Shown: positions 48,553-58,496, counted from the stretch's first letter. The stretch: DNA of 64,000 bases from Nitrososphaeria archaeon (GCA_027078545.1 JALWXN010000004.1:576001-640000); one strand, 5' to 3'. Numbers and translations: made by a program. The notes: a model not told the origin generated them from the letters alone.

Positions 48553-49353
48553 TTGACCCCGCCGAGCCCCGAGAAGGTTCTGGGTGCACTCGAGGTCATC
48601 AAGGCATCTATACTCAGGCTTGAGAAGATCCTCTCCAAAATCCCGGAGGAGCTGGATCTAGGGGCTTTCCACTCTAACAAGGTGAGTGTAGAGGTTTTGG
48701 AGGACTGGTCCAGCCTCGGGGAGAGGCTGGGTCTAGATGGGGATATCCGTTACATGCCTATGCATGAGCTCCTGGAGATCGGGCTGGATAGTGGGGAGCC
48801 CCTATGTAGAGACCTCTCGAAGGAGGAGGTCGATGCCCTAGACACAGGTATCGTAGTGGCCGACTCCATAGCCCTTGAGACCGGGACGATGTTCCTCGTC
48901 CATCCATATAGGTATGTCCCCCTCTCGACACATAGTAGGAGGCTGGTCGTGGTTGCTGGTAGGGAGCGTATATTCAGAAGCTTTATAGACGCGTTCAGGG
49001 TGGCGAGGGAGGTCTGGAGACTAAGTATATGGGGGGCGAATATAGGGGCTATAAGCAGCCCGAGCCGTACAGGGGATATTGAGAAGAGGGTTGTATATGG
49101 TGCTCATGGGCCTAGGGAGGTATCCCTCTACATACTGGATAGGGAGCCATGGCCATACCGCCTCTTCCTGACGAGGTATGTGCCACATGTGCTCGGTACG
49201 ATGGACTGTGAATTGCTAAGGCTTCTCGACCCGTTCCTCCCCGAGGCCTATAGGGGGCCCTACTCAGAGATATATACCCGCCTCTTTAGAGAGTATGGGT
49301 ACAGTTTAGAATTGGTTGGAGAAGGGTTGAGATGGAGGTCCCTAGAAACCTGA
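48553..49353 (+). CDS. lutC: LUD-domain protein (LutC/LldG-like)
   Basis: GIVVADSIALETGT, SPSRTGDIEK.VVYGAHGP. Confidence 0.85.
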   Translation: MTPPSPEKVLGALEVIKASILRLEKILSKIPEELDLGAFHSNKVSVEVLEDWSSLGERLGLDGDIRYMPMHELLEIGLDSGEPLCRDLSKEEVDALDTGIVVADSIALETGTMFLVHPYRYVPLSTHSRRLVVVAGRERIFRSFIDAFRVAREVWRLSIWGANIGAISSPSRTGDIEKRVVYGAHGPREVSLYILDREPWPYRLFLTRYVPHVLGTMDCELLRLLDPFLPEAYRGPYSEIYTRLFREYGYSLELVGEGLRWRSLET

Positions 49354-50288
49354 CCCTCCTCAGGGACAACGTAGTAGAGACCATGCATATTTTCCGCCTC
49401 CCACTGGGGAGGTGCTCCTCATGGTGTGATGGGGAGCCTGGGGATACGATCCTATACACGGGCTGCCTCTACCAGACCATGGAGATAGTCCTGAGGAGGG
49501 GCCGCTTCCTCGACATGGTTACGAAGGATCCTGATAGGGACTTTATGGCTAGGCTGGCCAAGATATTCATGTCTCTAGGCCCGGTCTATAGGCTCTTCAT
49601 AGACCCGGGGGAGGGGAGGGTCTATAACCTGCCTAGGAAGGCCCTCAACATCCTTAGGAGGCTGGGCTACAAGGTAGGCTGCCTGAGGGAGGAGCCCTAC
49701 CCAGGTATGCTCCTCTACGAGTTCGGCTTCGACCGGGAGTTTAGGGAGTATGCTGCCAGGGTATATGAATACCTTAGGGATAGGGGGGTCAAGAGGCTGG
49801 TCACGATCGACCCCCACGTCTATGAGCTGATGAAGTATATCTACCCCGAGTATGTCCCGGGCTATGACCTCGAGGTGGTGAACTATATCGACCTTGTGCT
49901 TGAGGCCCTCCGGGATGGTAGGGCTAGGCTCAGGAACCCTGGGTACAGCGTTACCTACCACGACCCCTGCCACTACTCAAAGTCTAGGCATAGGAGGATC
50001 ATCGATGAGCCTAGGGAGATCATAAAGTCTTCAGGGGTGGAGCTCAGGGAGCCGCTGAGGACTAGACGCTTCTCGATGTGCTGCGGCGGACCGATAGAGA
50101 CCTACTATTCACGCCTCTCCCGGGAGATTGCTAAGAGGCGCCTCGCAGAGCTTAGGGAGGCTGGTGGGGATAAGATACTGGTCGCCTGCCCCATATGCCT
50201 GGTGAGCTTCGAGAGCGTCGGTGGCCGGGTAATGGACCTGATAGAGTTCCTGGATGAGAACCTGGTGGTAGGGGATGGTGTGGAGTAG
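49332..50288 (+). CDS. lutA: CCG-domain Fe-S oxidoreductase (LutA/GlpC-like)
   Basis: YTGC, YHDPCH, CCGG, ACPIC; first CCG domain degenerate. Confidence 0.75.
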   Translation: MEVPRNLTLLRDNVVETMHIFRLPLGRCSSWCDGEPGDTILYTGCLYQTMEIVLRRGRFLDMVTKDPDRDFMARLAKIFMSLGPVYRLFIDPGEGRVYNLPRKALNILRRLGYKVGCLREEPYPGMLLYEFGFDREFREYAARVYEYLRDRGVKRLVTIDPHVYELMKYIYPEYVPGYDLEVVNYIDLVLEALRDGRARLRNPGYSVTYHDPCHYSKSRHRRIIDEPREIIKSSGVELREPLRTRRFSMCCGGPIETYYSRLSREIAKRRLAELREAGGDKILVACPICLVSFESVGGRVMDLIEFLDENLVVGDGVE

Positions 50289-51438
50289 ATATGTTAGGAA
50301 GCTGAACGAGACTATACTTGACCAGGAGTTCAGGACTGGTGTGGAGCGGGCTGTAGAGGCCTATGAGAAGGGGATATACAGGCTGCTCAGCGAACATCCC
50401 GAGTCCTACCGCTATGCAGAGGAAGTTAGGAGGATTAAGGAGGAGTCCCTGAGGAACATCGATACCCTGGTTAAGAGGCTGGAGAAGAGGTGTAGGGAGC
50501 GGGGGATAAACTTCTTCTACGCTGAGACTAGGGAGGCGGCTAGGAGATACATAGCCGGCGTCGTCGGGAGTGGGAAGACGATCGTAAAGAGTAAGAGTAT
50601 GGTCACTGAGGAGATGGATCTAAGGGCGGTCCTAGAGGAGAATGGGAACGAGGTCTGGGAGACAGATCTCGGCGAGTTCATAGTCCAGCTGGCTGGGGAC
50701 GAGCCTATGCATATCGTCACCCCCTCGATCCACTATAGTAGGCATAGGGTGGCCAAGCTCTTGAAGGAGAGGTTCGGCGTGGAGTTCGACCCCGACGATG
50801 TGGAGGGGATGGTTAGATATGCCACAGGCCTCTTAAGGGAGAAGTATTTCAAGGCTGATGTAGGCATCGTCGGTGCTAACTCCCTCTCTGTGGAGGAGCC
50901 CGCAGTCGTCCTCGTCCATAACGAGGGTAATATTAGGATGGTACTCAACACCCCTAGGACTTTGATAGTCGTGGCCGATATCGCCAAGCTGGTACCCACG
51001 ATGGAGGACGCGATAAAGGTGGGCCTGACAGCCTCTAGGTTCTCCAAATACCTCGTGACTGGCTACTACGACGTATTCACCTTTGCAAAGTCCCATGCCG
51101 AGTATGGGCCTAGGGAGATACACCTAGTCCTGGTCGATGGGGGGAGGAGTAGGCTCATTAAGGACCCCGAGGCATGGGAGGCCGCGCTATGCATCAAGTG
51201 TGGTGCCTGCATGTATGTATGTACCTCCTACCAGATCGTCGGTGGTAGGTTCGGGGGTAAGGCCTATCCCTCCGGTATAGGGGCGATAGTCTCGAGCTTC
51301 ACATTCGGGCTTGATGAGAGCCTGCCCGCTCTCTACACATGCCTCCTCGACGGGAGGTGCTACGAGATCTGCCCAATGGATATAGATATACCGGGCATCA
51401 TACGTAGGCTGCGGGCAAGGGCTATGGGGTCTCTATAA
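50275..51438 (+). CDS. lutB: LutB/LldF lactate-utilisation Fe-S protein
   Basis: KSKSMVTEE, ETDLGE, NEGN, CIKCGAC, C..DGRC...CP. Confidence 0.9.
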   Translation: MVWSRYVRKLNETILDQEFRTGVERAVEAYEKGIYRLLSEHPESYRYAEEVRRIKEESLRNIDTLVKRLEKRCRERGINFFYAETREAARRYIAGVVGSGKTIVKSKSMVTEEMDLRAVLEENGNEVWETDLGEFIVQLAGDEPMHIVTPSIHYSRHRVAKLLKERFGVEFDPDDVEGMVRYATGLLREKYFKADVGIVGANSLSVEEPAVVLVHNEGNIRMVLNTPRTLIVVADIAKLVPTMEDAIKVGLTASRFSKYLVTGYYDVFTFAKSHAEYGPREIHLVLVDGGRSRLIKDPEAWEAALCIKCGACMYVCTSYQIVGGRFGGKAYPSGIGAIVSSFTFGLDESLPALYTCLLDGRCYEICPMDIDIPGIIRRLRARAMGSL

Positions 51439-52144
51439 CCCTCCCGATCCTCTCGTAGATCGGTAGTGCGAGGGTCATCCCTATCAATACCTGCATGATG
51501 TTGAAGGGCATCTCGACATATGCTCCTGGCCCATATCCCAGTATCGTGTATTGGGCGGTGAAGTAGCCTATTACCATGACCATCCCGCCGACTAGTATAG
51601 CCGCTATCTCGACCGCCCTCTCAGGCTTCCTAAGGTATAGGTAGAGTCCCCAGCCCAGTAGGAGGAGGGATACCAGTGGCCATACTATGTATGAGAACTC
51701 GACCATGTATATGGAGCCGAGTAGGCTCAGCTCTGCTGATCCCACGTAGAACTGTACCCCTATGAGGGTGATCATGAGTGAGGAGCCGCCTACGAGGATC
51801 ATCCCGAGGGGCCGGGATATCCTTGTCCTACGCAGCCTCTGGACGAGTAGGCCCACTATGAAGCCCTCCAGCCCCTTAACCACGAGGGTTATGGGGGCGT
51901 AGTGGGTGTATCCCAGGTATATGTCTGCTAGTGCAGAGCCTATGCCACCGGCTATGGCGCCTACTATAGGCCCCCCGGTGAGTGCCGCTAGGTATACCCC
52001 GAACTCCCCAATGTTGAAGAACCCAGCCGTGGCCTGGATATAGACGGATATGACTACCGTCGATATGAATACCAGTGTCGTCATGAGGGCTGAGTAGGAT
52101 ATTAGGAATACCTCTGTAGCCTTGATCCCCCTGCTGAGGGCCAA
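51422..52144 (-). CDS. ECF transporter S component
   Basis: GFFNIGE, GGIGSALAD..LGY..YAP.TL..KG.EG, N..Q motifs. Confidence 0.88.
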   Translation of the reverse strand: MALSRGIKATEVFLISYSALMTTLVFISTVVISVYIQATAGFFNIGEFGVYLAALTGGPIVGAIAGGIGSALADIYLGYTHYAPITLVVKGLEGFIVGLLVQRLRRTRISRPLGMILVGGSSLMITLIGVQFYVGSAELSLLGSIYMVEFSYIVWPLVSLLLLGWGLYLYLRKPERAVEIAAILVGGMVMVIGYFTAQYTILGYGPGAYVEMPFNIMQVLIGMTLALPIYERIGRVIETP

Positions 52145-52231
52145 CCGGTATCACCTAATACCCAGCTATTCAGGATTGGTGGGGATAAAGCGTTGTATAG
52201 TTTTAACGGCTGGGTGTATAAATATCTCTAT

Positions 52232-52305
52232 GGCCCCCGACTCACACTCCCAAGAGCCCCCAGACCATTGGGGTCGATGACTGGGAGCCGGTCTTGGGGG
52301 CCACA
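52232..52305 (+). ncRNA. single-hairpin box H/ACA pseudouridylation guide sRNA
   Basis: lower stem GGCCCCCGA/TTGGGGGCC, pocket CTCAC/CGGTCT, upper stem CTCCCA/TGGGAG, K-turn (AAGA with GATGAC), ACA at 52303-52305, 14 nt from the pocket top; TTTTAA about 26-30 nt upstream. Confidence 0.85.
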
Positions 52306-52360
52306 AGGAGACCTATAGTTCTCGAGGAATAGTAATGTAAAAATGGATGGGTTTCAGGGG

Positions 52361-53065
52361 CTATATGAAGAAGGTCTTGGTCTCCCCGGGCTTTAGGATA
52401 ACTACCTTGGTTGAAGTGGCTGCCTCGACCTTCTCCTTGAACTCGTTGGGATCAGCCTTGATAAGGTCGAAGGTGTTGTAGTGCATCGGTATAACCGCCT
52501 CGGGCTTGATCAGCTTTACAGCCTCTACAGCCTCCGGTATACCCATTGTGAAGTGGCTTCCTATGGGTAGGAGTGCAAGCCTGACCTTGTAGAGCCTCCC
52601 TATAAGCTCCATCCCGGGGAATACCCCCGTGTCCCCAGCGTGGTATACGGAGAAGTTGGGGAACCTTATCACGAAGCCTGTAGGCGCGCCTATACCCATT
52701 GAGGAGTGTGTAGCCTCGACCTGTGTAATTAGTGTCTCGACCCCGTTCTTCTCGAACCTCCATGTACCACCTATATTCATCCCTATAAACTCCTTGGCGC
52801 CGCACTGCTCAGCTATATGGCTGGCCAGCTCGTAGATAGCGACTATCTTTGCCCCTGGATTATTCTTAAGTATCTCGCAGGAGTCCCCCACATGGTCCTG
52901 ATGGGCATGGGTGACCAGGAGTAGGTCTACATCCTTGATGTCGCCGGCCTTTATCGGGGAAGCCACTAGGAATGGGTCTATGACTATCCTCACCACGTCG
53001 TCATAGTTGAGTAGGAACGCCGCGTGGCCCAGCCATGTCACGTCGAGCTTCGCCATAGGCATCAC
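52361..53065 (-). CDS. metallo-beta-lactamase-fold hydrolase (UPF0173)
   Basis: WLGHA, THAHQDH, HAGDT, PIG.HFTMG, PMHYNTF. Confidence 0.92.
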   Translation of the reverse strand: MMPMAKLDVTWLGHAAFLLNYDDVVRIVIDPFLVASPIKAGDIKDVDLLLVTHAHQDHVGDSCEILKNNPGAKIVAIYELASHIAEQCGAKEFIGMNIGGTWRFEKNGVETLITQVEATHSSMGIGAPTGFVIRFPNFSVYHAGDTGVFPGMELIGRLYKVRLALLPIGSHFTMGIPEAVEAVKLIKPEAVIPMHYNTFDLIKADPNEFKEKVEAATSTKVVILKPGETKTFFI

Positions 53066-53162
53066 CGCATTGATAAATTAAGTCGCAACCCATAAATTTT
53101 TAATGGGTCTCGGGAATCCTCCGCTGCGCGGGGCCCTACTCATATGGTACGGGTGGTAAGCC

Positions 53163-53621
53163 TTGGCAGATGTGATCTATGAGAGGTCTGCAGGGGCCGT
53201 CGTCTTCTATATGGATGGCTCGGGTAGGAGGGAGTACCTCCTCCTACACTACCCCTCGGGCCACTGGGACTTCCCCAAGGGGATTATCGAGGAGGGTGAG
53301 GAGGAGCTTGAGACCGCGTATAGGGAGGTGGAGGAGGAGACGGGTATACCGAGGGATAAGCTCGTCTTGATGCCCGGATTCTGGGAGGAGATCAGCTACC
53401 GCTTCTACAGCCACGGCAAAGTCGTTAGGAAGACCGTCGTCTTCTTCCTGATGAGGAGCCTTACCAAGGAGGTGAGGATCTCCTGGGAGCATAAGGGCTA
53501 TGTATGGCTCGAGTATCCCTACGCCGTTGAGAAGGCCACCTATAAGACGGCTAAGAACCTCCTCAAGAAGGCGGAGCTCCATGTGAGGAGGCTGATCAGC
53601 GAGGGTAGGATAGCTATATAG
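53163..53621 (+). CDS. NUDIX hydrolase, Ap4A hydrolase-like
   Basis: SAGAVVF, HWDFPKG, REVEEETG Nudix box, SWEH. Confidence 0.9.
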   Translation: MADVIYERSAGAVVFYMDGSGRREYLLLHYPSGHWDFPKGIIEEGEEELETAYREVEEETGIPRDKLVLMPGFWEEISYRFYSHGKVVRKTVVFFLMRSLTKEVRISWEHKGYVWLEYPYAVEKATYKTAKNLLKKAELHVRRLISEGRIAI

Positions 53622-53728
53622 ATCAACGCCTCAAAACCGTCTATACCTCGGGCCATCCATATATACCGGGTTTAAACACTGGTTATATCCCCCCACCCCC
53701 CTAATCATATGTGGGTGTACCTGGGAGT

Positions 53729-54715
53729 ATGGTGCTCGTCGACCGTTTCAACAGGCCGGTAATCGGTGCCAGGATAAGCGTCAACAGCAGCTATAGATGC
53801 AACTACTCCTGTATATTCTGCCATAAGGAGGGTATACATGAGGAGCCCCGCTACATGACGCCTGAGGAGATCGAGAGGGTAGTCAGGGTCCTGAGACGCT
53901 TCGGGGTGAGGTATATTAAGATCACTGGCGGGGAGCCTATGCTGAGGAAGGATATCGTGGAGATCGTGGCTAGGATAAAGTCCACCGGTGTAGAGGAGAT
54001 ATCGATGACCACCACTGGCTTCAGGCTGGAGACCCTGGCCTGGGACCTTAAGGAGGCTGGTCTGGACAGGGTGAATATAAGCTTCCACAGCCTTAAGAGG
54101 GATAGGTACCAGTTCATAACCAAGATGGACCGTAGGGACGCCACCTTCAAGGCGGTGGAGGCCGCCCTGGATGCTGGGCTCCTCCCGATAAAGCTGAACA
54201 TGGTTATCCTGAAGGGTGTGAATGAGGATGAGGTCTGGGACATGATCGACTATAGCTACTCCCTAGGGGGTGGGGAGACGAATATCGTCCAGTTTATAGA
54301 GCTCCTCAACGTAGACCCCGTATTCTTCAAGCAGTACTTCTACCCCCTCGATAAGATAGAGGAGATGATTGCTCCAAGGGTGGTTAAGAAGTATAGGAGG
54401 AGCCTCCACAACAGGATGGTCTACGTCCTCGACAATGGGGTGAAGGTCGAGTTCGTCAAGCCTATGTGGAACAACGCCTTCTGCATGGGTAACGATAGGA
54501 TAAGAATTACCTATGATGGTAAGTTCAAGCCCTGCTTGATGAGGAGTGATAACCACGTCGACTTCATATCCTACATCAGGAAGGGGTATAGCGACGAGTA
54601 TATCGTGAGGCAGTTCCTAGAGGCGGTTAGGAATAGGGAGCCCTTCTTCAAGACGGATAGGGTGGAGGGCTTCGAGATCGGGGAGCATATTGATAGGAGT
54701 GTATGCCCCATTTAA
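53729..54715 (+). CDS. moaA: GTP 3',8-cyclase
   Basis: CNYSCIFC radical SAM motif, TGGEP, FC..NDRIR...KPCL. Confidence 0.93.
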   Translation: MVLVDRFNRPVIGARISVNSSYRCNYSCIFCHKEGIHEEPRYMTPEEIERVVRVLRRFGVRYIKITGGEPMLRKDIVEIVARIKSTGVEEISMTTTGFRLETLAWDLKEAGLDRVNISFHSLKRDRYQFITKMDRRDATFKAVEAALDAGLLPIKLNMVILKGVNEDEVWDMIDYSYSLGGGETNIVQFIELLNVDPVFFKQYFYPLDKIEEMIAPRVVKKYRRSLHNRMVYVLDNGVKVEFVKPMWNNAFCMGNDRIRITYDGKFKPCLMRSDNHVDFISYIRKGYSDEYIVRQFLEAVRNREPFFKTDRVEGFEIGEHIDRSVCPI

Positions 54716-54721
54716 TGCCTG

Positions 54722-55972
54722 ATGAGGCGGGAGCGTAGAGGCTTCAAGAGATTCGAGTATGTGGATAAGGCGCTCGCCAAGCTCCTCGAGATCGTTAGGC
54801 CTATCGGGGAGGTTGAGGAGATACCCGTCTCCCAATCAGTGGGTAGGGTCTCCTCTAGGAATGTTGAGTCGCCCCTCGATATACCGCCCTTCGATAGGAG
54901 CGCTATGGACGGCTACGCCGTCAGGAGTAGTGACGTCTCATCAGCATCGCAGAACAACCCTATAAGGCTCCGCGTCGTCGGCTACAGCACTACTGGGAGG
55001 GGATATGATGGGGAGGTGGGCCCTGGACAGGCGGTGAGGATCGATACTGGTGCACCGATGCCCAGCGGAGCCGATGCAGTCGTCATGATAGAGTATGTCG
55101 AGGAGGGAGACGGCTACATCGATGTATACAAATCCGTGAGTAGGTATGAGAACGTCTCCCTCAAGGGTGAGGATCTCAAGACAGGTGATGTCGTCGTCCC
55201 CCGTGGAAGGATCATCTATCCGCAGGACCTGCCGGCCCTATACTCACTGGGTATAGATACTCTCGAGGTCTATAGGAGGCCGGTCGTGGGTATCGTTGCC
55301 TTCGGCTCCGAGTTGACGGAGGATAGGCCTGGCCCAGGGATGATAAGGGAGTCTAACAGGCCTTTCCTAAAGGGTTTCCTCCGTGAGGAGCCGGTGGAGA
55401 TCCTTGACATGGGTATTAAGCCCGACGAGTATGGGGTGGTTAGGGAGACACTCCTGGAGATGGCCTCCCGGTGCGACCTCATCGTCTCTACTGGTGGGAC
55501 GTCGCTTGGTGGGGACGACATAGTATCTAGGGTAGTCGAGGATATCGGCGAGATACATGTACATGGCGTGGCTCTACAGCCTAGTAAGCCTGTCTTGATA
55601 GCTGAGGTATCTGGGAAGCCATATCTAGGCCTACCCGGCTACCCAGTAGCGGTGGCTATATCCTCAGAGGTCTTCCTCCGCCCAGCCGTTCAGAGACTCG
55701 CTGGTGTAAGGGGTGTCTACGTCCCCCGTGTAGTTAAGGGTGTTCTCAGGAGGCGTGTCCCCTCAAAGCCTGGGCTACGACACTATGTAAGGGTTAGGGT
55801 GTGGAGGGAGGGGGATGACTATCTGGTTGAGCCTATCTATGCATCGGGAGCCGGGGTTACCTCTAGCCTGGCCTTGGGGGATGGATACCTAGTCGTGCCG
55901 GAGGAGGTGGAGGGCTTCGAGAAGGGTAGTGAGGTGGAGGTAATACTCTATAGGAGTGTGGTGACGGGATGA
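54722..55972 (+). CDS. moeA: molybdopterin molybdenum/tungsten transferase MoeA1
   Basis: PPFDRSAMDGYA, TGAP.P.GADAV, TGGTS.G..D, GLPGYP. Confidence 0.93.
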   Translation: MRRERRGFKRFEYVDKALAKLLEIVRPIGEVEEIPVSQSVGRVSSRNVESPLDIPPFDRSAMDGYAVRSSDVSSASQNNPIRLRVVGYSTTGRGYDGEVGPGQAVRIDTGAPMPSGADAVVMIEYVEEGDGYIDVYKSVSRYENVSLKGEDLKTGDVVVPRGRIIYPQDLPALYSLGIDTLEVYRRPVVGIVAFGSELTEDRPGPGMIRESNRPFLKGFLREEPVEILDMGIKPDEYGVVRETLLEMASRCDLIVSTGGTSLGGDDIVSRVVEDIGEIHVHGVALQPSKPVLIAEVSGKPYLGLPGYPVAVAISSEVFLRPAVQRLAGVRGVYVPRVVKGVLRRRVPSKPGLRHYVRVRVWREGDDYLVEPIYASGAGVTSSLALGDGYLVVPEEVEGFEKGSEVEVILYRSVVTG

Positions 55973-57930
55973 GTGGGCATGTATTCAAGAGGCTTATCCA
56001 TCCGGATGAGGCTAGGCAGATACTCCTCGATAGGCTCAGCCAGATAGACAGGAAAGTTGAGACCAGTATATGGGGGGCTGTAGGTAGGGTCTTGGCTGAG
56101 GATGTGGAGGCCCCTATAGACCTGCCTCCCTTCACGAGGAGCCTGAGGGATGGCTACGCCGTCAGGAGTATTGACATTGCCAGTGCGAGGGAGAACAACC
56201 CAGTGAGGCTCAGACTAGTCGGGAGTATCGAGGCTGGTGGCTGGCCGGATAGGGAGGTGGGGCCTGGAGAGGCTGTTAGGATAGCTACAGGGGCACCTAT
56301 ACCTCCTGGGGCGGACACGGTGGTTATGGAGGAGTATACAGAGCTGGAGGATGGCTACGTCCTCGTCTTCCACTACTCTCCCCCTGGGGAGTGGATACAG
56401 AACGCTGGTAGCGACGTCTCGATGGGAGAGGGTGTTCTGGAGGAGGGCACCCTACTCACCCCTAGGGAGATAGGTATCCTCTCCGGCCTAGGAATCACCC
56501 ATGTCAAGGTATATGACGGCTTGAAGGTCGCCGTGATAAGTAGTGGTGACGAGGTCATACCTCCCGGGGAGGAGCTGGGTGATGGACAGATATACGATGT
56601 GAATGGCCATGCAATCTCCGCTGCGCTGGTTAGGGATGGGTGTGAGCCACGATTCATAGGGGTCGCCAGGGACACGCCTGAGTCTATGGCCAGCCTGCTT
56701 GAGGAGGGTCTGGAGACCGGTGATGTAGTCGTATTCTCAGGGGCTACTAGCGTAGGTGTGAAGGACGTTCTCAGAGACGTTATAGAGTCTATAGGTGACA
56801 GCGAGATACTCTTCAACGGGCTTAGGATCAAGCCTGGGAAGCCTACGCTGGCAGCCCTGATAAGGGGTAAGCTATTCATCGGTCTACCTGGGTTCCCAGT
56901 CTCCAGCCTAATGGTCTATCTACATGTATTCTCACCGGTTATAAGGTGGGTGAATAGGCTCCCGATAGACACGGTTAGACGGGTGTCCACCATAGTTGGT
57001 GCCGCTATAGACAGTGTGTTTGGCGTCGAGCATCTACACCCGGTGATCCTTAAGGATACGGGTAATGGCTATATGGCCTACCCCATACAGACGGATAGTG
57101 GGGCGATAGCCACGCTCAGACTGGCCGATGGCTATGTGGTGATCCCGGAGAACCAGAACTACCTCGAGACCGGTGACGGGGCGGAGGCCTGGCTCATAGG
57201 TGAGTCGAGACCCTCCCACATAATATCCTTCAGTAGCCACAGCATTGTCTACGACACGTTGATGAGGCGTCTCCATAGGGATAGGGGGGTTAGGAGTAAG
57301 AGGATCTACGTTGGCTCCACATCAGCCCTGAAGAATTGTGCCGAGGGCTTCTCAGACATGGGTGTTATACACCTCCTCGACGAGGAGGGTGTCTACAACA
57401 TCAGCTATGTAGAGAGGTATGGGGCGGATAGGGTCGTCCTACATAGGGGGTTCATGAGGAGGATAGGATTCGTAGTCGCCAAGGGGAATCCAAAGGGTAT
57501 AGGTGGTTGGAGAGACCTCCTTAGGGAGGATGTGAGGTTCATCAACAGGAGTGTCGGGAGCGGTATAAGGGTCTACATAGATATGGAGCTTGGTAGGCTG
57601 GCCCGTGAGATGGGTATCACGCTTGATGAGCTTAGGAGCCGTATATTCGGCTACTCGGTGGAGGCTAGGACCCATTCAGCCGTTGTGAGGGCTGTGGAGA
57701 AGGGTCTCTACGACGTCGGCGTGGCTAGTGAGGTGGCTATACAGGGTAGGGCTGTCGACTTCATACCCCTTAGATGGGAGTATGTAGATATTATCTTCAA
57801 CGCCGAGAGGTATGGGAAGGGTGAGTATGACGTCGTCCTCGACTGGCTGGGCTCCGAGGAGGCTAGGAGGATTATAGAGGGCTTCCCAGGCGTGAGGCTC
57901 GACAAGGACTATCTTGAGAGGCTTATTTAG
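55969..57930 (+). CDS. moeA: MoeA2 with C-terminal periplasmic-binding-protein-like domain
   Basis: MoeA core plus HLLD..G.YN, KGNPKGI, FINR..GSG.R. Confidence 0.92.
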   Translation: MSGHVFKRLIHPDEARQILLDRLSQIDRKVETSIWGAVGRVLAEDVEAPIDLPPFTRSLRDGYAVRSIDIASARENNPVRLRLVGSIEAGGWPDREVGPGEAVRIATGAPIPPGADTVVMEEYTELEDGYVLVFHYSPPGEWIQNAGSDVSMGEGVLEEGTLLTPREIGILSGLGITHVKVYDGLKVAVISSGDEVIPPGEELGDGQIYDVNGHAISAALVRDGCEPRFIGVARDTPESMASLLEEGLETGDVVVFSGATSVGVKDVLRDVIESIGDSEILFNGLRIKPGKPTLAALIRGKLFIGLPGFPVSSLMVYLHVFSPVIRWVNRLPIDTVRRVSTIVGAAIDSVFGVEHLHPVILKDTGNGYMAYPIQTDSGAIATLRLADGYVVIPENQNYLETGDGAEAWLIGESRPSHIISFSSHSIVYDTLMRRLHRDRGVRSKRIYVGSTSALKNCAEGFSDMGVIHLLDEEGVYNISYVERYGADRVVLHRGFMRRIGFVVAKGNPKGIGGWRDLLREDVRFINRSVGSGIRVYIDMELGRLAREMGITLDELRSRIFGYSVEARTHSAVVRAVEKGLYDVGVASEVAIQGRAVDFIPLRWEYVDIIFNAERYGKGEYDVVLDWLGSEEARRIIEGFPGVRLDKDYLERLI

Positions 57931-57956
57931 ACTCTCTCCACATTTGAATAGGTGGT

Positions 57957-58496
57957 ATGAGGCGGGCCCCACTGATCGTCATGGGTGTACTGGTAGGCTT
58001 CCTATTCCTCTCCTTCCTAACACTTATCCGCCAGCCCCCACCCAACCTATGGGACGACACGGTTATAGCCATGGCGGGTGAGACTGAGTTCACCCTCGAC
58101 AAGTATCTGAGGGATAAGAGGGCAATTATACTCGTTGTATTCAAGCCTGGTAACGACTCTGCGGAGTGGGTGGAGAATATTACTAAGCAGTTCATGAATA
58201 TGAAGCTCCTATCCGAGATTGAAGGTGTGGGTGTAGTCTTCCTTGGTGTCGATGGGGACTATGCATGGTATAGGGAGTTCCTAGTAACTACTCCCCACGT
58301 ATTCCAGAGGGGGATCCTATGGATATGGACTGATAAGCAGTCCTACTTCAACTATGTGCAGGACGAGGATGGTGTAACCATATACTTCTACAAGAGGACT
58401 GAGACAGGCTTCGAGGAGGTCCGCTCCTTCACCAATCCTGATAAGGAGGTTTTGAAGAGGCGTATAGCGAACTTCCTTAGGGAGGAGGTGCTCTAG
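57957..58496 (+). CDS. membrane-anchored thioredoxin-fold-like protein lacking CxxC
   Basis: N-terminal TM; FTLDKY...ILVVF-KPGNDS...VVFLGVD pattern resembling TlpA/AhpC. Confidence 0.5.
   Translation: MRRAPLIVMGVLVGFLFLSFLTLIRQPPPNLWDDTVIAMAGETEFTLDKYLRDKRAIILVVFKPGNDSAEWVENITKQFMNMKLLSEIEGVGVVFLGVDGDYAWYREFLVTTPHVFQRGILWIWTDKQSYFNYVQDEDGVTIYFYKRTETGFEEVRSFTNPDKEVLKRRIANFLREEVL

Noticed and set aside
53622-53728. Possible Moco/Wco riboswitch upstream of moaA
   Set aside because: Region is short and only shows an imperfect palindrome around a TTTAAA box.
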